Origin: a virus
Strand: one strand, 5' to 3'
IMG/VR virus record: IMGVR_UViG_3300013306_000017
Location: 3,025 to 67,024 of that record
DNA: 64,000 bases
The notes beneath the pieces were generated by a model that did not search any database, was not told the DNA's origin, and worked only from the letters and a program-made list of their open reading frames with translations. Shown here piece after piece: positions 1 to 9,245 of this stretch. Numbering within the stretch: position 1 is the stretch's first letter; each line of letters starts with the position of its first letter. Made by a program: the position numbers and the translations under genes.

Positions 1-2
1 GA

Positions 3-389
3 TATTGCGGCGGCGACTATGCACAGCCACTAACTGAGGATTTCCCAGACAAGTTCCGGGCGTGCGTTGATGCGGTCGCCGGTGACTTCGCCCAAATAAT
101 AAAGCGCACAGGAGCGCTACAGGACGACGAACAGGTATCCATCCCGTTGGCAGTGAAGAAAGACGATGTTGAGAACTTTGTTATTGAAATGATCAACGCG
201 CTCGGGTTGCATCCCGCCGTCGCCATGCAAATGCTCGGTGTAATTGCTTACGCAGACGGCAATCTAAAGAAACCACTCCATCTGCCAACTCTGGCTGCGC
301 ACATGGGGAAAGAAGCCGCTCGTTATGGCTATCACGTTGACCTCCAAAAGCAGGAGGACGTGCCAATCAATATTTCGGGTGACATGTAG
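3..389 (+). CDS. Hypothetical protein, 5'-truncated by window edge
   Basis: The frame of the 147..389 ORF is open back to position 3; its stop abuts the next ATG at 390. Confidence 0.6.
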   Translation, partial: YCGGDYAQPLTEDFPDKFRACVDAVAGDFAQIIKRTGALQDDEQVSIPLAVKKDDVENFVIEMINALGLHPAVAMQMLGVIAYADGNLKKPLHLPTLAAHMGKEAARYGYHVDLQKQEDVPINISGDM

Positions 390-644
390 ATGAACTGCAT
401 TCTTCAAGTCAACAGAGCTTCCGGCTTTATCAGTTCACATAAGCGGTTCTGTCCGCGGATCAAGAATGGAAGTGGGGCCTGTGAAGAACCAACGACACAC
501 CACGTTGCGGTAGGAGTTACGAAGGAACGGCCGCGCGGCTATTACTGCGCCAACCAATGTGAGTCTTGTGCGAAGGCTACTGCCAAGGCGCACCCAGGAA
601 CCGAAATCTCTGAGGAAGTCTTTTTGTTAGAAGTGACGGAATGA
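390..644 (+). CDS. Small Cys-rich hypothetical protein
   Basis: 84 aa with YYCANQCESC; ATG directly after the upstream stop. Confidence 0.6.
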   Translation: MNCILQVNRASGFISSHKRFCPRIKNGSGACEEPTTHHVAVGVTKERPRGYYCANQCESCAKATAKAHPGTEISEEVFLLEVTE

Positions 645-722
645 CAAATTTAAGGGCCCGGCAGGTGCGCCAACACCTACCGGGCTAACATCCCATCAAC
701 CCGTTTCAAAGGACCTAATGGA

Positions 723-881
723 ATGCCAGAAAAATCTACCACAGGCGAAAGCCATGCGCATCTCTGCGACCGCTGCGGCCAGCGGTTTGAATGTACGGAC
801 GTGAATGACGCTGAATTTGAGTTTGCAACGTGCCCTGAATGTAAAACGAGCAAGAAAAAGAAAACACCAAAGAATGCCTAA
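723..881 (+). CDS. Small zinc-ribbon protein (52 aa, not in ORF track)
   Basis: MPEKSTTGESHAHLCDRCGQRFECTDVNDAEFEFATCPECKTSKKKKTPKNA; two CxxC pairs; AAGGA upstream; stop overlaps the methyltransferase ATG at 874. Confidence 0.65.
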   Translation: MPEKSTTGESHAHLCDRCGQRFECTDVNDAEFEFATCPECKTSKKKKTPKNA

Positions 882-3486
882 AAAGAGAATTATTCGCGCA
901 GTCGATTTGTTCGCCGGCGCTGGTGGCGCCTCAACGGGCCTTGTTCGCGCTTGCCGCGAGCTCGGGCTTGAGTTGGACTTGCTGGCCATCAATCATTGGC
1001 CGGTCGCTGTCGATACGCATAGTGTGAACCATCCCAACGTAGTTCACTTATGTGAATCGATCGCAGCGGTTGATCCGTTGCAAAAGGAATTTGTCGATAA
1101 ACGAACGGGGAAGGTGTTTAAGAATACCGGACGCCTGGATATCTTACTTGCGGGCCCGGAGTGTACCCACTTTTCAACTGCGCGCGGTGGGCGTCCGGTT
1201 AACCCGCAATCCCGCGCGAGTGCCTGGCATATTCTTAAATGGGCGCAGGAACTCTATATCGATGTACTACTGATTGAGAACGTACCGGAGTGGGAAATGT
1301 GGGGCCCATGCGGTGCCAATTTCAAACCGTTGAAGAGCAAGAAGGGTGAAACGTTTCAAGCTTACCTTCAGGCTATTCGCTCTCTCGGATATAGCCGCGT
1401 TGAATTCAGAAAGTTGAACTCAGCTAACTATGGTGATGCAACCACGCGAAACCGTCTGTTTCTGTTTGCCATGCGAAACAGTTCGTCAATTCCGTGGCCC
1501 AGTCAGAGTCATGCTAAGCGCGCTTTTCTTACTGGCGCAGGTCCCGTTGCCGAATGGACTACCGCTCGCGATAAGGTGATTGACTGGACCGTCAAGGGCA
1601 AGAACATTTTCGAGCGGCCAAAACCTCTGCGTCCCGCCACAATGTTGCGCATCATCGCCGGCCTGGAAAAGTTTGGCGGGCCAAGACTCAAACCATTCTT
1701 AGCGCAGCTTCGAATCAACTGCACACGCGCCTACGCAGCGGAGGAAATCTGGAATTACTCGGAGTTGATTGCATGGGCACTTCCTAACTCGCCTGGGATG
1801 GCAGTCCTGTTGTGTTTCTTCCTAATGTGCCGAGTCGCGCGAATGGCTGACATGTTTCTGCGTGAGCAGGCACTTGAGAGCGCGGTGGGAACTGCGCTTG
1901 AGCCCTTCTTAATCGTTCTGCGCAACAACGTCACAGCGATGTCGGTGAACAAGCCTTTATCGACGGTCGTGGGGGCGGGTAAGCATCACGGGCTGGTCGA
2001 TGCAACGTTGGTGGCGATGGAACATGGAGGTCGCGAACTAGATCCGGAACAGCCTTTGCCGACCGTCACCACGGCCAAAGGCGGAGCATTTGGAGTTGCC
2101 GAGGCTTGCTTGGTTCACACGACGCACGACGGCGACCGCAAACCACATGCTGTTGATGGTCCTGTCCCGACTATTACCGGCGCTCACCGCGGCGAGCTTG
2201 GAGTTGCGGAGGCCTTTGTACTTCAACAGCAATCGGGCGGTGCTCCGCGTTCTGTTCAAGACCCACTGCCGACCGTGGCCACTGGCGGCGCCATCTCGTT
2301 GGTAGCACCCGAACTGCAAAAGGCAAATGGAAATGACGCCGTCATAGTTGATGCTGGCTTTGGGGAGGGTGAGGGCAGCACAACTCGCCGAGGGTTAGGA
2401 GCTTATTCGCCAGATCAGCCATTGGGCGTCGTGCCAGGCTCAAATCGCTTTGCGATCGCTGAGCCGGTCCTGATTCCGTTTTACAGTGAAGGCGAGGGCC
2501 AGGAACCGCGCAGCCACAGCGTTGATGAGCCCGTTCCCACGATTCCAGCAACCGGCAATGGGAAATTTGCTGTGGCGGAACCATTCATAGTTCCCCAGAG
2601 CCGCTTCGATGATGAGGAACCGCGCATTGATTCTGTCGACCAACCCCTGCGCACGATAACCGGAACAGGGGGCCGCTGCTTCGGCCTCGCAGAGCCTTCC
2701 CTAATCAAATACTACGGCACCGCCACTGGCGCTCAGTCTGTTGACGAGCCGTTGGATACGCTGACCGCAAAGGAACGTCATGCTTTGGTCGAGCCAATAA
2801 TTATTGAGGCAGGCGGTCCGACTGGCCAGGGGCGTAATGCGAACAGCGTTGATGAGCCACTGACAACCGTACTGACTGAAAACCACAAAGCGTTAGTCGA
2901 ACCTCTCATTCTCTCCGCGGGTGGCCCCGAAGTGGGCGCGCGGCCAGTAAGTCAACCTCTTAACACCGTGCTTACCCGCGACCACATGGCCCTGGCTGAG
3001 ACGTTCATTTCGCCACAGCGAAGCAATTCCGCGCCCCATAGTGTTGACGAGCCTTTGCCGACCCTCACCGGAAGCAATCACATGGCGGTAATAGATCCGT
3101 TTGTGATAGCGAACAATACGAACAACATTGCGAAGTCCGTAGATGAGCCGGTGCCGACTGTAACAGGGGCAAACCGTTTGGGATTTGTGGATACTCAGAT
3201 AGTCAAAGCTTCGAATGGCTCAATGGTCAAATTCAAAGGACCGAGAATTGAAGCTCCAGTTATTGATGGTTTCGTTCTGGTTATTCTCTTCCGCATGTTG
3301 CGTTCGCGTGAACTGGCACGAGCGATGTCATTTCCTGATGACTATGAGTTCACAGGCACCCAAGAAAATGTGGTGAAGCAAATCGGCAACGCGTGGGCGG
3401 GCGAGCTCGCTAAGGCGCTATGCAAGGCTGCGCTTCAGAGCATTGTTAAGACTCCTAAACCAAGGCGTCAGGAGAAAGCGGCGTGA
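874..3486 (+). CDS. C5-cytosine DNA methyltransferase with greatly expanded repetitive variable region
   Basis: Motif I DLFAGAGG, motif IV GPEC, motif VI ENV, motif VIII TTRNR, IX/X RELARAMSFP...QIGNA. Likely start ATG 874. Confidence 0.92.
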   Translation: MPKKRIIRAVDLFAGAGGASTGLVRACRELGLELDLLAINHWPVAVDTHSVNHPNVVHLCESIAAVDPLQKEFVDKRTGKVFKNTGRLDILLAGPECTHFSTARGGRPVNPQSRASAWHILKWAQELYIDVLLIENVPEWEMWGPCGANFKPLKSKKGETFQAYLQAIRSLGYSRVEFRKLNSANYGDATTRNRLFLFAMRNSSSIPWPSQSHAKRAFLTGAGPVAEWTTARDKVIDWTVKGKNIFERPKPLRPATMLRIIAGLEKFGGPRLKPFLAQLRINCTRAYAAEEIWNYSELIAWALPNSPGMAVLLCFFLMCRVARMADMFLREQALESAVGTALEPFLIVLRNNVTAMSVNKPLSTVVGAGKHHGLVDATLVAMEHGGRELDPEQPLPTVTTAKGGAFGVAEACLVHTTHDGDRKPHAVDGPVPTITGAHRGELGVAEAFVLQQQSGGAPRSVQDPLPTVATGGAISLVAPELQKANGNDAVIVDAGFGEGEGSTTRRGLGAYSPDQPLGVVPGSNRFAIAEPVLIPFYSEGEGQEPRSHSVDEPVPTIPATGNGKFAVAEPFIVPQSRFDDEEPRIDSVDQPLRTITGTGGRCFGLAEPSLIKYYGTATGAQSVDEPLDTLTAKERHALVEPIIIEAGGPTGQGRNANSVDEPLTTVLTENHKALVEPLILSAGGPEVGARPVSQPLNTVLTRDHMALAETFISPQRSNSAPHSVDEPLPTLTGSNHMAVIDPFVIANNTNNIAKSVDEPVPTVTGANRLGFVDTQIVKASNGSMVKFKGPRIEAPVIDGFVLVILFRMLRSRELARAMSFPDDYEFTGTQENVVKQIGNAWAGELAKALCKAALQSIVKTPKPRRQEKAA

Positions 3487-3791
3487 AACCAATAGATCCC
3501 GCTGCTCAAGTCAACCTCCGCGCCTTAGTGCCAAATCTGAAAGTCGCCGAGCGGTGCCGCGGCTGCAATTTCACGATCAACCTCACTCCGGATCATCGGC
3601 GCGCGGCTGGCAAATGCCCCGGCTGTCAATCAGATGTGTGTTTCCTTTGCGGCTGCACTGAAGAAGTGCCTTGCGGTAGGCCGGTCATCGGAGGGTATCT
3701 GCCCTGTTCCTGGTACGCGCCAGGCTGTTGCACGTTCTGCTTTGAATCGATTCTTGAGCAGGCCTACATTGCAGCGAGCACATCCCGGTAA
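3483..3791 (+). CDS. Cys-rich zinc-finger protein
   Basis: Several CxxC pairs (CRGC, CPGC, CFLC, CTFC); GTGA overlap with the methyltransferase stop. Confidence 0.7.
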   Translation: MKPIDPAAQVNLRALVPNLKVAERCRGCNFTINLTPDHRRAAGKCPGCQSDVCFLCGCTEEVPCGRPVIGGYLPCSWYAPGCCTFCFESILEQAYIAASTSR

Positions 3792-3792
3792 C

Positions 3793-6700
3793 TTATATAG
3801 GCTCAGGCTTCACATTGTGAGCCACAATCCCATTCTCCAAAACGTAGTTGTGATCTTCATGCTCAACGTGCAAATGGTAAACCTTGTGCGCCTGCGGTTG
3901 GTCCAGTGAGGCAATGGGATCGGCCACGAGCGCATCACCATCTCCCAGAACCATCAACCGCCTGCCTGGCACTAATCTCTGTGTAGGAACAAAGAGGCGC
4001 GCGCCGATATAAAGCGGCTGTTCGTAACTGAGCCGGGCTGTCCGGCCGCCGTCTGTTTGCAGCAGCTGGGTAATCTTCGTGTTATGGACTTCAACACGAG
4101 TAACAACCGTTTTCACTAACTGATTCAGCGTCAAATCAAGAACCATGATTGGCGCGCCTTCAATAAAGGTTTCAATCGCTTGCGGGCCCGTGGGCGTTCT
4201 TACCAGCGTTCCGGCAACGAAGCAGCCGCGGCGTCCGCCGGCGCCGTCGAAGGGATCGATATCAATCGGGTCCTCTCCGCTGTCTAAAGGGTTCTGCGGA
4301 CCGCTGGCAGTGCCATAAGCAACCGTGGAGACATCAGACAGATCAGACCAGCCACGGCCGTTGCCGATATCCTCCTGAGAGTGATTGCGCCAACGATAGC
4401 GGAAGTAGCAATTGGCCGAAGTCTGCGAAAGCAATGTCCGGCCGGACGTTGATCCCGGAATATTTCCCTTCACCAAAGTCTCCCCGCCTGAGTCGCTATA
4501 CATGAAAAGCTGGAGGTCGGAAACCGTTACGCCGTAGAGGCCGGGCTTCGGCGTATAGATGACCCAGGATGCCGACGCATCATCTTTGTGAATGGTTGGC
4601 GGCCCAGTCAGTGCCGGTACATGGGCCTCGAATTCACTTTCAACAATACTGGCTCCATTCCAAATGACTGCTATCTCAGCGCAATCTTCAAGCCGCTGCC
4701 CGACTGTTTGGACTTTCCAAATCCGCTCAATGCCGCGCTCACTTTCCTCCATCTCCACGAACCGAACGGCAGAGTTCAACAATACAATTCGCTCGTGGTC
4801 GACGTGCGTGGCGCTGGCAGCATCCGTACCCTTCAGCCGGCGTAATAGATGAGAGCCTGTCCATCGGTTGGCTTCCGCAACATCGCGCGTCCATTCACCA
4901 ACGCCCACCACTTCATTGCCGATGACCCAGGTGCTTGCGCCCTCGCGGACTTCCTCGTCTGTTACCGATGACGGTTCATCGCCGCCGAAGAAATCAGCAC
5001 TCACCGTGGAAGTGTCGTCAAAGAATGACGCCGCTGCAGTTTCAATGCGATCGGTAAACTCCAGCGAGGATTCAAAGTCGGCGATGACTGAAACGCGCGT
5101 GGCGCCGCCGTCCAAACCATCCACATAGAAATCATAGCCGCCTGAATCCGGAGCGCGATTGAAATAGGCAGAATAGAGGTCTGTAACAAACTCGCCATTG
5201 TCTCGCGCGCGCGCCTCATACTCGAGGGAAAGGAAGAGCGCACGGCCCAGCTGCTGGCCTACCTGCATTGGGTTGCTTTCGCGCAGACGTTCAGCCCATG
5301 GCGCCAGTTCAAACGTGTCATCCGGCAGTCGATTCAATGCACCGGTACCGCTCGCCCCGCCGCCCACCGTGCCGCCATAGAATTTCTTCACGAAGTTCTC
5401 CCGAGCATCCGCCCAGGTGGACGGCACCTCTGCCAGGGCGCCATTTGCGCGGCCCATCATGCACTGAGCCGTGAAGGTGGCCATCTGTTGTGGGCTATCG
5501 CCTTTGTAGCGAAACGCGGCCGCTCCAGGCCATACATAGCCTGGCTGGCTTATGTCCTTCGCCCTGGCTGCGATGTAGAGGCCCGGGACGGCCTCCGGAT
5601 GCAGCAGAGGTATGTCCATGAAGGTGGCAATCGAGTTTGCGGAAACTACGACATTGACGGCCGGTGGCGCTGGTACTAATCCCGCGCCGACAAAAACCGA
5701 GAGCTCATCGAAAATCGCGGAGCACTTCAAAACACCTGGGGCTGTACCCTGAATCTCTGCCAGACGCACCGCCCGTAACTCGCCGGTGATAGGTACCAGA
5801 ATGCGATTAGAGGGATAGAGCCAAATGCGTTTATCCAGCAATGAGAACTCATGGGGTGTGGCAGCGGCCCAGTGCATCTGCATCACGCGCCGAGCAATGT
5901 TATAGGCTTCGGTGGGCAGCAGCGTCGCGTTGAACTCCAGCGTTTCTGTTTTTTGGGACTCGGTAAACGGATAGACATCTTGGCGATCGTCGGTTTGATA
6001 GTCCTTCTCCGGACTAAAGAATTGGACCTTGACGAACTTCCACATCTGGGTTTCATCAGGGATCTTCGTGATCACGGTATCAACTGGAGGTTGCGCCTGA
6101 GTGCCCTTTTCGTATGCCGCCAGTTCATTCGGCTCAATGGTGTCAACAATCGTGCGGTCGGTTAAATCAACAGCCTGAATCTTGCCGTCGGGCGTCTCAA
6201 CGAAATCGAAGTTGAACATGGCGGCAAAATCTTCCATGTCTTTCTTTGGCGCCTGCATATCGGGAATTGCATAGCCGCGGATTTCCGTCAGTGAGGTGAC
6301 AGTGAGATCAAAGTCAGTCTCCAGCAGACCCACGCGCACCGCGCGCGAAATGACAATTTCCTGAATGGTGTGAAGTTCCGTGTGTTCGGCCAGGACCACG
6401 ATGTTAGGGAAGCCGTTGTATTTTGTGATGCTCAAGCCGGACAGCCGGAAATAACAGTCGCCAATGTATGCCGGCGTCGAGTTCGGGCCATAGATAGAAT
6501 CGACGTCCGTCTGAATCACTGGATCCGGTTCCTGATCTTCGTTGCCCTCATAAATGCGAATGTCAGAGTACGCGCCGCCGACAATGGTCCCACCGACTGA
6601 ACCGTCACTTGGGTCGGGATCTATTGGCAGGCTGTGACGGAGCTTCGGATTGTCGTCAAGGTCGTAAGGGCTGAACGGCAGAATCTGATGGTCATACGGA

Positions 6701-7278
6701 AGCTCTGGGTCAAAGTCCAAATTGAGCAGGCCAGTGGCTTCACCGACCGTCGCCGGCACGTTGTAAACAACATCCTCGTTAAACTTGATACGAAGAACTC
6801 TGAGCGGGCCCTTGCCCACCAAGCACGCAATATCGACGTCGTAAGTGATGCGCGTCTCAGGCGGCGGCTTAGGCGGACCTTTGCCGCCTCCGCCACCAGA
6901 TGAGCCCTGGACAACCTGCGTGTGTTTGCGGATGCCTTCTTTGTTCATCCAGATGACGTTGACACCCAGTTCAACCCCGCCAATTCCATCCGCAAAGCGG
7001 TGGCCATAGACTTCGCGTTTGGCAACTCCCCAGGCAGAATCGGAAAGCCTGAGCTCGCCCTGCATCTTTCCTTTTTCGGCGCCCTTTTGTTTTGGCGTGA
7101 GCAGCCGGGTCAGAAGCATGCTGCCGACCGTAGTAGCCGCGCCGACAGCGAGCGAGATGAGAAAGGCGGTGCCGAAAGAAATGGTAATCGGGTCCGCATG
7201 CACGACTAGCGGCCAGCCGATGACCAAAAGGCCGGCCGGTAGCAGTAGTCGCGCCAATGAGCGGATAAATGTTTTCAC
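3793..7278 (-). CDS. Tail tip / central tail fibre protein (GTA gp15 / phage-tail_3-like) with DUF4214-like insert and C-terminal Hint domain
   Basis: Follows DUF2460/DUF2163/NlpC genes; TPAY..YF tip motif; LYSAYFNRAPDSGGYDFY insert; CFVAGT...VYHLHVE...AHN Hint domain. Confidence 0.88.
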   Translation of the reverse strand: MKTFIRSLARLLLPAGLLVIGWPLVVHADPITISFGTAFLISLAVGAATTVGSMLLTRLLTPKQKGAEKGKMQGELRLSDSAWGVAKREVYGHRFADGIGGVELGVNVIWMNKEGIRKHTQVVQGSSGGGGGKGPPKPPPETRITYDVDIACLVGKGPLRVLRIKFNEDVVYNVPATVGEATGLLNLDFDPELPYDHQILPFSPYDLDDNPKLRHSLPIDPDPSDGSVGGTIVGGAYSDIRIYEGNEDQEPDPVIQTDVDSIYGPNSTPAYIGDCYFRLSGLSITKYNGFPNIVVLAEHTELHTIQEIVISRAVRVGLLETDFDLTVTSLTEIRGYAIPDMQAPKKDMEDFAAMFNFDFVETPDGKIQAVDLTDRTIVDTIEPNELAAYEKGTQAQPPVDTVITKIPDETQMWKFVKVQFFSPEKDYQTDDRQDVYPFTESQKTETLEFNATLLPTEAYNIARRVMQMHWAAATPHEFSLLDKRIWLYPSNRILVPITGELRAVRLAEIQGTAPGVLKCSAIFDELSVFVGAGLVPAPPAVNVVVSANSIATFMDIPLLHPEAVPGLYIAARAKDISQPGYVWPGAAAFRYKGDSPQQMATFTAQCMMGRANGALAEVPSTWADARENFVKKFYGGTVGGGASGTGALNRLPDDTFELAPWAERLRESNPMQVGQQLGRALFLSLEYEARARDNGEFVTDLYSAYFNRAPDSGGYDFYVDGLDGGATRVSVIADFESSLEFTDRIETAAASFFDDTSTVSADFFGGDEPSSVTDEEVREGASTWVIGNEVVGVGEWTRDVAEANRWTGSHLLRRLKGTDAASATHVDHERIVLLNSAVRFVEMEESERGIERIWKVQTVGQRLEDCAEIAVIWNGASIVESEFEAHVPALTGPPTIHKDDASASWVIYTPKPGLYGVTVSDLQLFMYSDSGGETLVKGNIPGSTSGRTLLSQTSANCYFRYRWRNHSQEDIGNGRGWSDLSDVSTVAYGTASGPQNPLDSGEDPIDIDPFDGAGGRRGCFVAGTLVRTPTGPQAIETFIEGAPIMVLDLTLNQLVKTVVTRVEVHNTKITQLLQTDGGRTARLSYEQPLYIGARLFVPTQRLVPGRRLMVLGDGDALVADPIASLDQPQAHKVYHLHVEHEDHNYVLENGIVAHNVKPEPI

Positions 7279-7279
7279 G

Positions 7280-7744
7280 TCAATCGATGATGCCCGGAAT
7301 CTGATATGCGCTTTTGAGGGCCCGGGAATAAACCGGCATCAACGGGCCACGCACGACGCCTAATGACTTCCGGCCTTCATCTCGCGGCCGCAACGCATGC
7401 ACGACCGTGAACCGGCGCCAATCAAAACGGTGTGCAAGAATCTCAACCACGATCGCGCAGTGTTGAATGCCCTTGCCAAAGTCGAACGCGAGGACATCCC
7501 CCAGCTTGGCCTCATAAATCCCTGGAAGCCGCTCAAGGTTTTCATCCAATAGGCGCTCGAAAGTCTCTCCGTCCGGCTCACTCGAGTATCCAAAGAAGTC
7601 GAAAGCTGAAAGACCCGTCAGGTGTCCCACGGTGATGAGCGTGCCAGCGCAATCGAAGCCATGCGCCATGTCGCGTCCCTGATGAGCGTATGAAGCGCCT
7701 AGCAGCGTGTGTGCGGCTACTACTACTTGAGCTCTCGTAGTCAT
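7280..7744 (-). CDS. NlpC/P60 tail-tip peptidase
   Basis: LGASYAHQGR..GFDCAG catalytic Cys and QHCAIV His; position in the tail-tip module. Confidence 0.88.
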   Translation of the reverse strand: MTTRAQVVVAAHTLLGASYAHQGRDMAHGFDCAGTLITVGHLTGLSAFDFFGYSSEPDGETFERLLDENLERLPGIYEAKLGDVLAFDFGKGIQHCAIVVEILAHRFDWRRFTVVHALRPRDEGRKSLGVVRGPLMPVYSRALKSAYQIPGIID

Positions 7745-7748
7745 CGTT

Positions 7749-8600
7749 TTAATCAGGAAACTTCAAAAGCTTGTTGCGCCCGGGAAGATCCGGATAACCT
7801 CTGAAGCGCCGCACATTCGCGAACTTGTCCCGGCAGGTCGCGCGCTTCCGGTCACAGCCAGCAATGAGCGTGATGTTATCTCCCGCCTGAATTACAAAAT
7901 AAGCCGGAACAAAGAGCGTGATTTGATTCCCCACGTTCTTGAGAATGTGCATTTCGATGTCGTCATTGTTGCCGGACGTCCAGATAGCAGAGCCACGGTC
8001 ATAGAAACCGTCAGGCCGTGGCGTTCCAATGTTGACGGTGAATTGCTGTTGATTGGCTACGCTCGTAACTGTGGCGGTAGTCGTGATGGGCCAGCCATCC
8101 TCAGTGTCAGCGTTCAGGTCGACGCCGCACATCTCGTCACCCAACTCGACGACAATGCAGTCCTCCATAACCATCTCGCCAATAGCCTGGGCGAGCTTCT
8201 GACCCAACGATCGAAACTGAGAAGTGGCATCGAACCGGCGCACGGTAAGGTCACCAATGAACCCAACCTTCTTCATCATCGCGCCGAGTGAAAGATCAAT
8301 TGGATTGACGAGTTGGTAAGTCACTCTCGCGCCTGACCATTTGCGACCGCGCAGCTTTACGTCTGAAAAAGGGTCCGCCAAGACGCTGGACATTTCCGCA
8401 TTGTCTGGAGTCAGGCCCTGCGTTTGTTGAAACTGAGTCGGCTGCATTGGCCAGGCGAGATAGTTGACCGACTCAAAGGTCAGATTGCGCGTGTGATTGC
8501 AGATGGCCAGAGTAGTGCCGTCTTTGGCAACTACTTTGACGAGAGAGCAAATGACGGCCGTGCCCTTCAGATACTCTTTCATGTCTGCGGATACTGGCAT
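7749..8600 (-). CDS. Tail hub protein (DUF2163 / BR0599-like)
   Basis: C-x-x-x-LGD-x-x-C and C-terminal AGCDRKRATCRDKFANVRRFRGYPDLPG. Confidence 0.9.
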   Translation of the reverse strand: MPVSADMKEYLKGTAVICSLVKVVAKDGTTLAICNHTRNLTFESVNYLAWPMQPTQFQQTQGLTPDNAEMSSVLADPFSDVKLRGRKWSGARVTYQLVNPIDLSLGAMMKKVGFIGDLTVRRFDATSQFRSLGQKLAQAIGEMVMEDCIVVELGDEMCGVDLNADTEDGWPITTTATVTSVANQQQFTVNIGTPRPDGFYDRGSAIWTSGNNDDIEMHILKNVGNQITLFVPAYFVIQAGDNITLIAGCDRKRATCRDKFANVRRFRGYPDLPGRNKLLKFPD

Positions 8601-8609
8601 GGCAAATTC

Positions 8610-9245
8610 CTAGATCGTGATCCCGAGAGCGATGGGCAACAGTTCGCGCAGGCCAACGCCGCTCCACTCGCTGTTTGTGGTTTCGTCGGTTTTCATTTCG
8701 TTGAAGTCGGTTGTGAAGCGCACCGGCAGATGGAATGTGCCAGTCCAGGTGGGAACGTTGCCGCTCGATGTGGGCACCAGCGAGCCGTTGCTGGCGTCAA
8801 GCACAGACGCAGCATTCACGCCGCCATACTTCAGTTGAACCGTGCCCGCTGCTGGCTTGATGATGCGGCGGTAATAGGTGCGAACGTCGGTGTACTTTTT
8901 CGCCAGATAGTAGGTTGTTCCACCAACGAGCGCGGCTACCTCCGCGCCGGCGGCATTCAGAATCACGCCTTTGCCATCATCGGTAGAATCGTCAGGGGCC
9001 AGAAACCGGAAAGCGTATGCCATTCCAAAGCGCAGAAGGTGAAAAGTGCGGAGGTCCTTGCGTCGTTGATTGTTCAGTGAGGAATAGTCGATGGTGTAGC
9101 GTGAGATGTAGTCATAGCGATTGACCCGCGCCTGCTCAAGACCCATTTGGGAATCAATCAGCGCAGTCGAAAACTCCGGACCGCCAATGGCGAAGTTCGT
9201 GTAATAGATATCCAAAAGCACATCATCGAAATTGATCCAGGCCAT
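8610..9245 (-). CDS. Distal tail protein (DUF2460-like)
   Basis: GGPEFST..GLEQ, G...AFRF..P.D and F.LPVRF motifs; directly after the tape measure gene. Confidence 0.88.
   Translation of the reverse strand: MAWINFDDVLLDIYYTNFAIGGPEFSTALIDSQMGLEQARVNRYDYISRYTIDYSSLNNQRRKDLRTFHLLRFGMAYAFRFLAPDDSTDDGKGVILNAAGAEVAALVGGTTYYLAKKYTDVRTYYRRIIKPAAGTVQLKYGGVNAASVLDASNGSLVPTSSGNVPTWTGTFHLPVRFTTDFNEMKTDETTNSEWSGVGLRELLPIALGITI

Noticed and set aside
656-685. Hairpin GCCCGGCAGGTG/CACCTACCGGGC as a terminator
   Set aside because: The stem is real but has no U-tract on the + strand and is a single copy; function unsupported.
3814-4224. Canonical splicing intein or homing element
   Set aside because: No endonuclease domain, Val after the terminal Asn, and only a 6-aa C-terminal tail.
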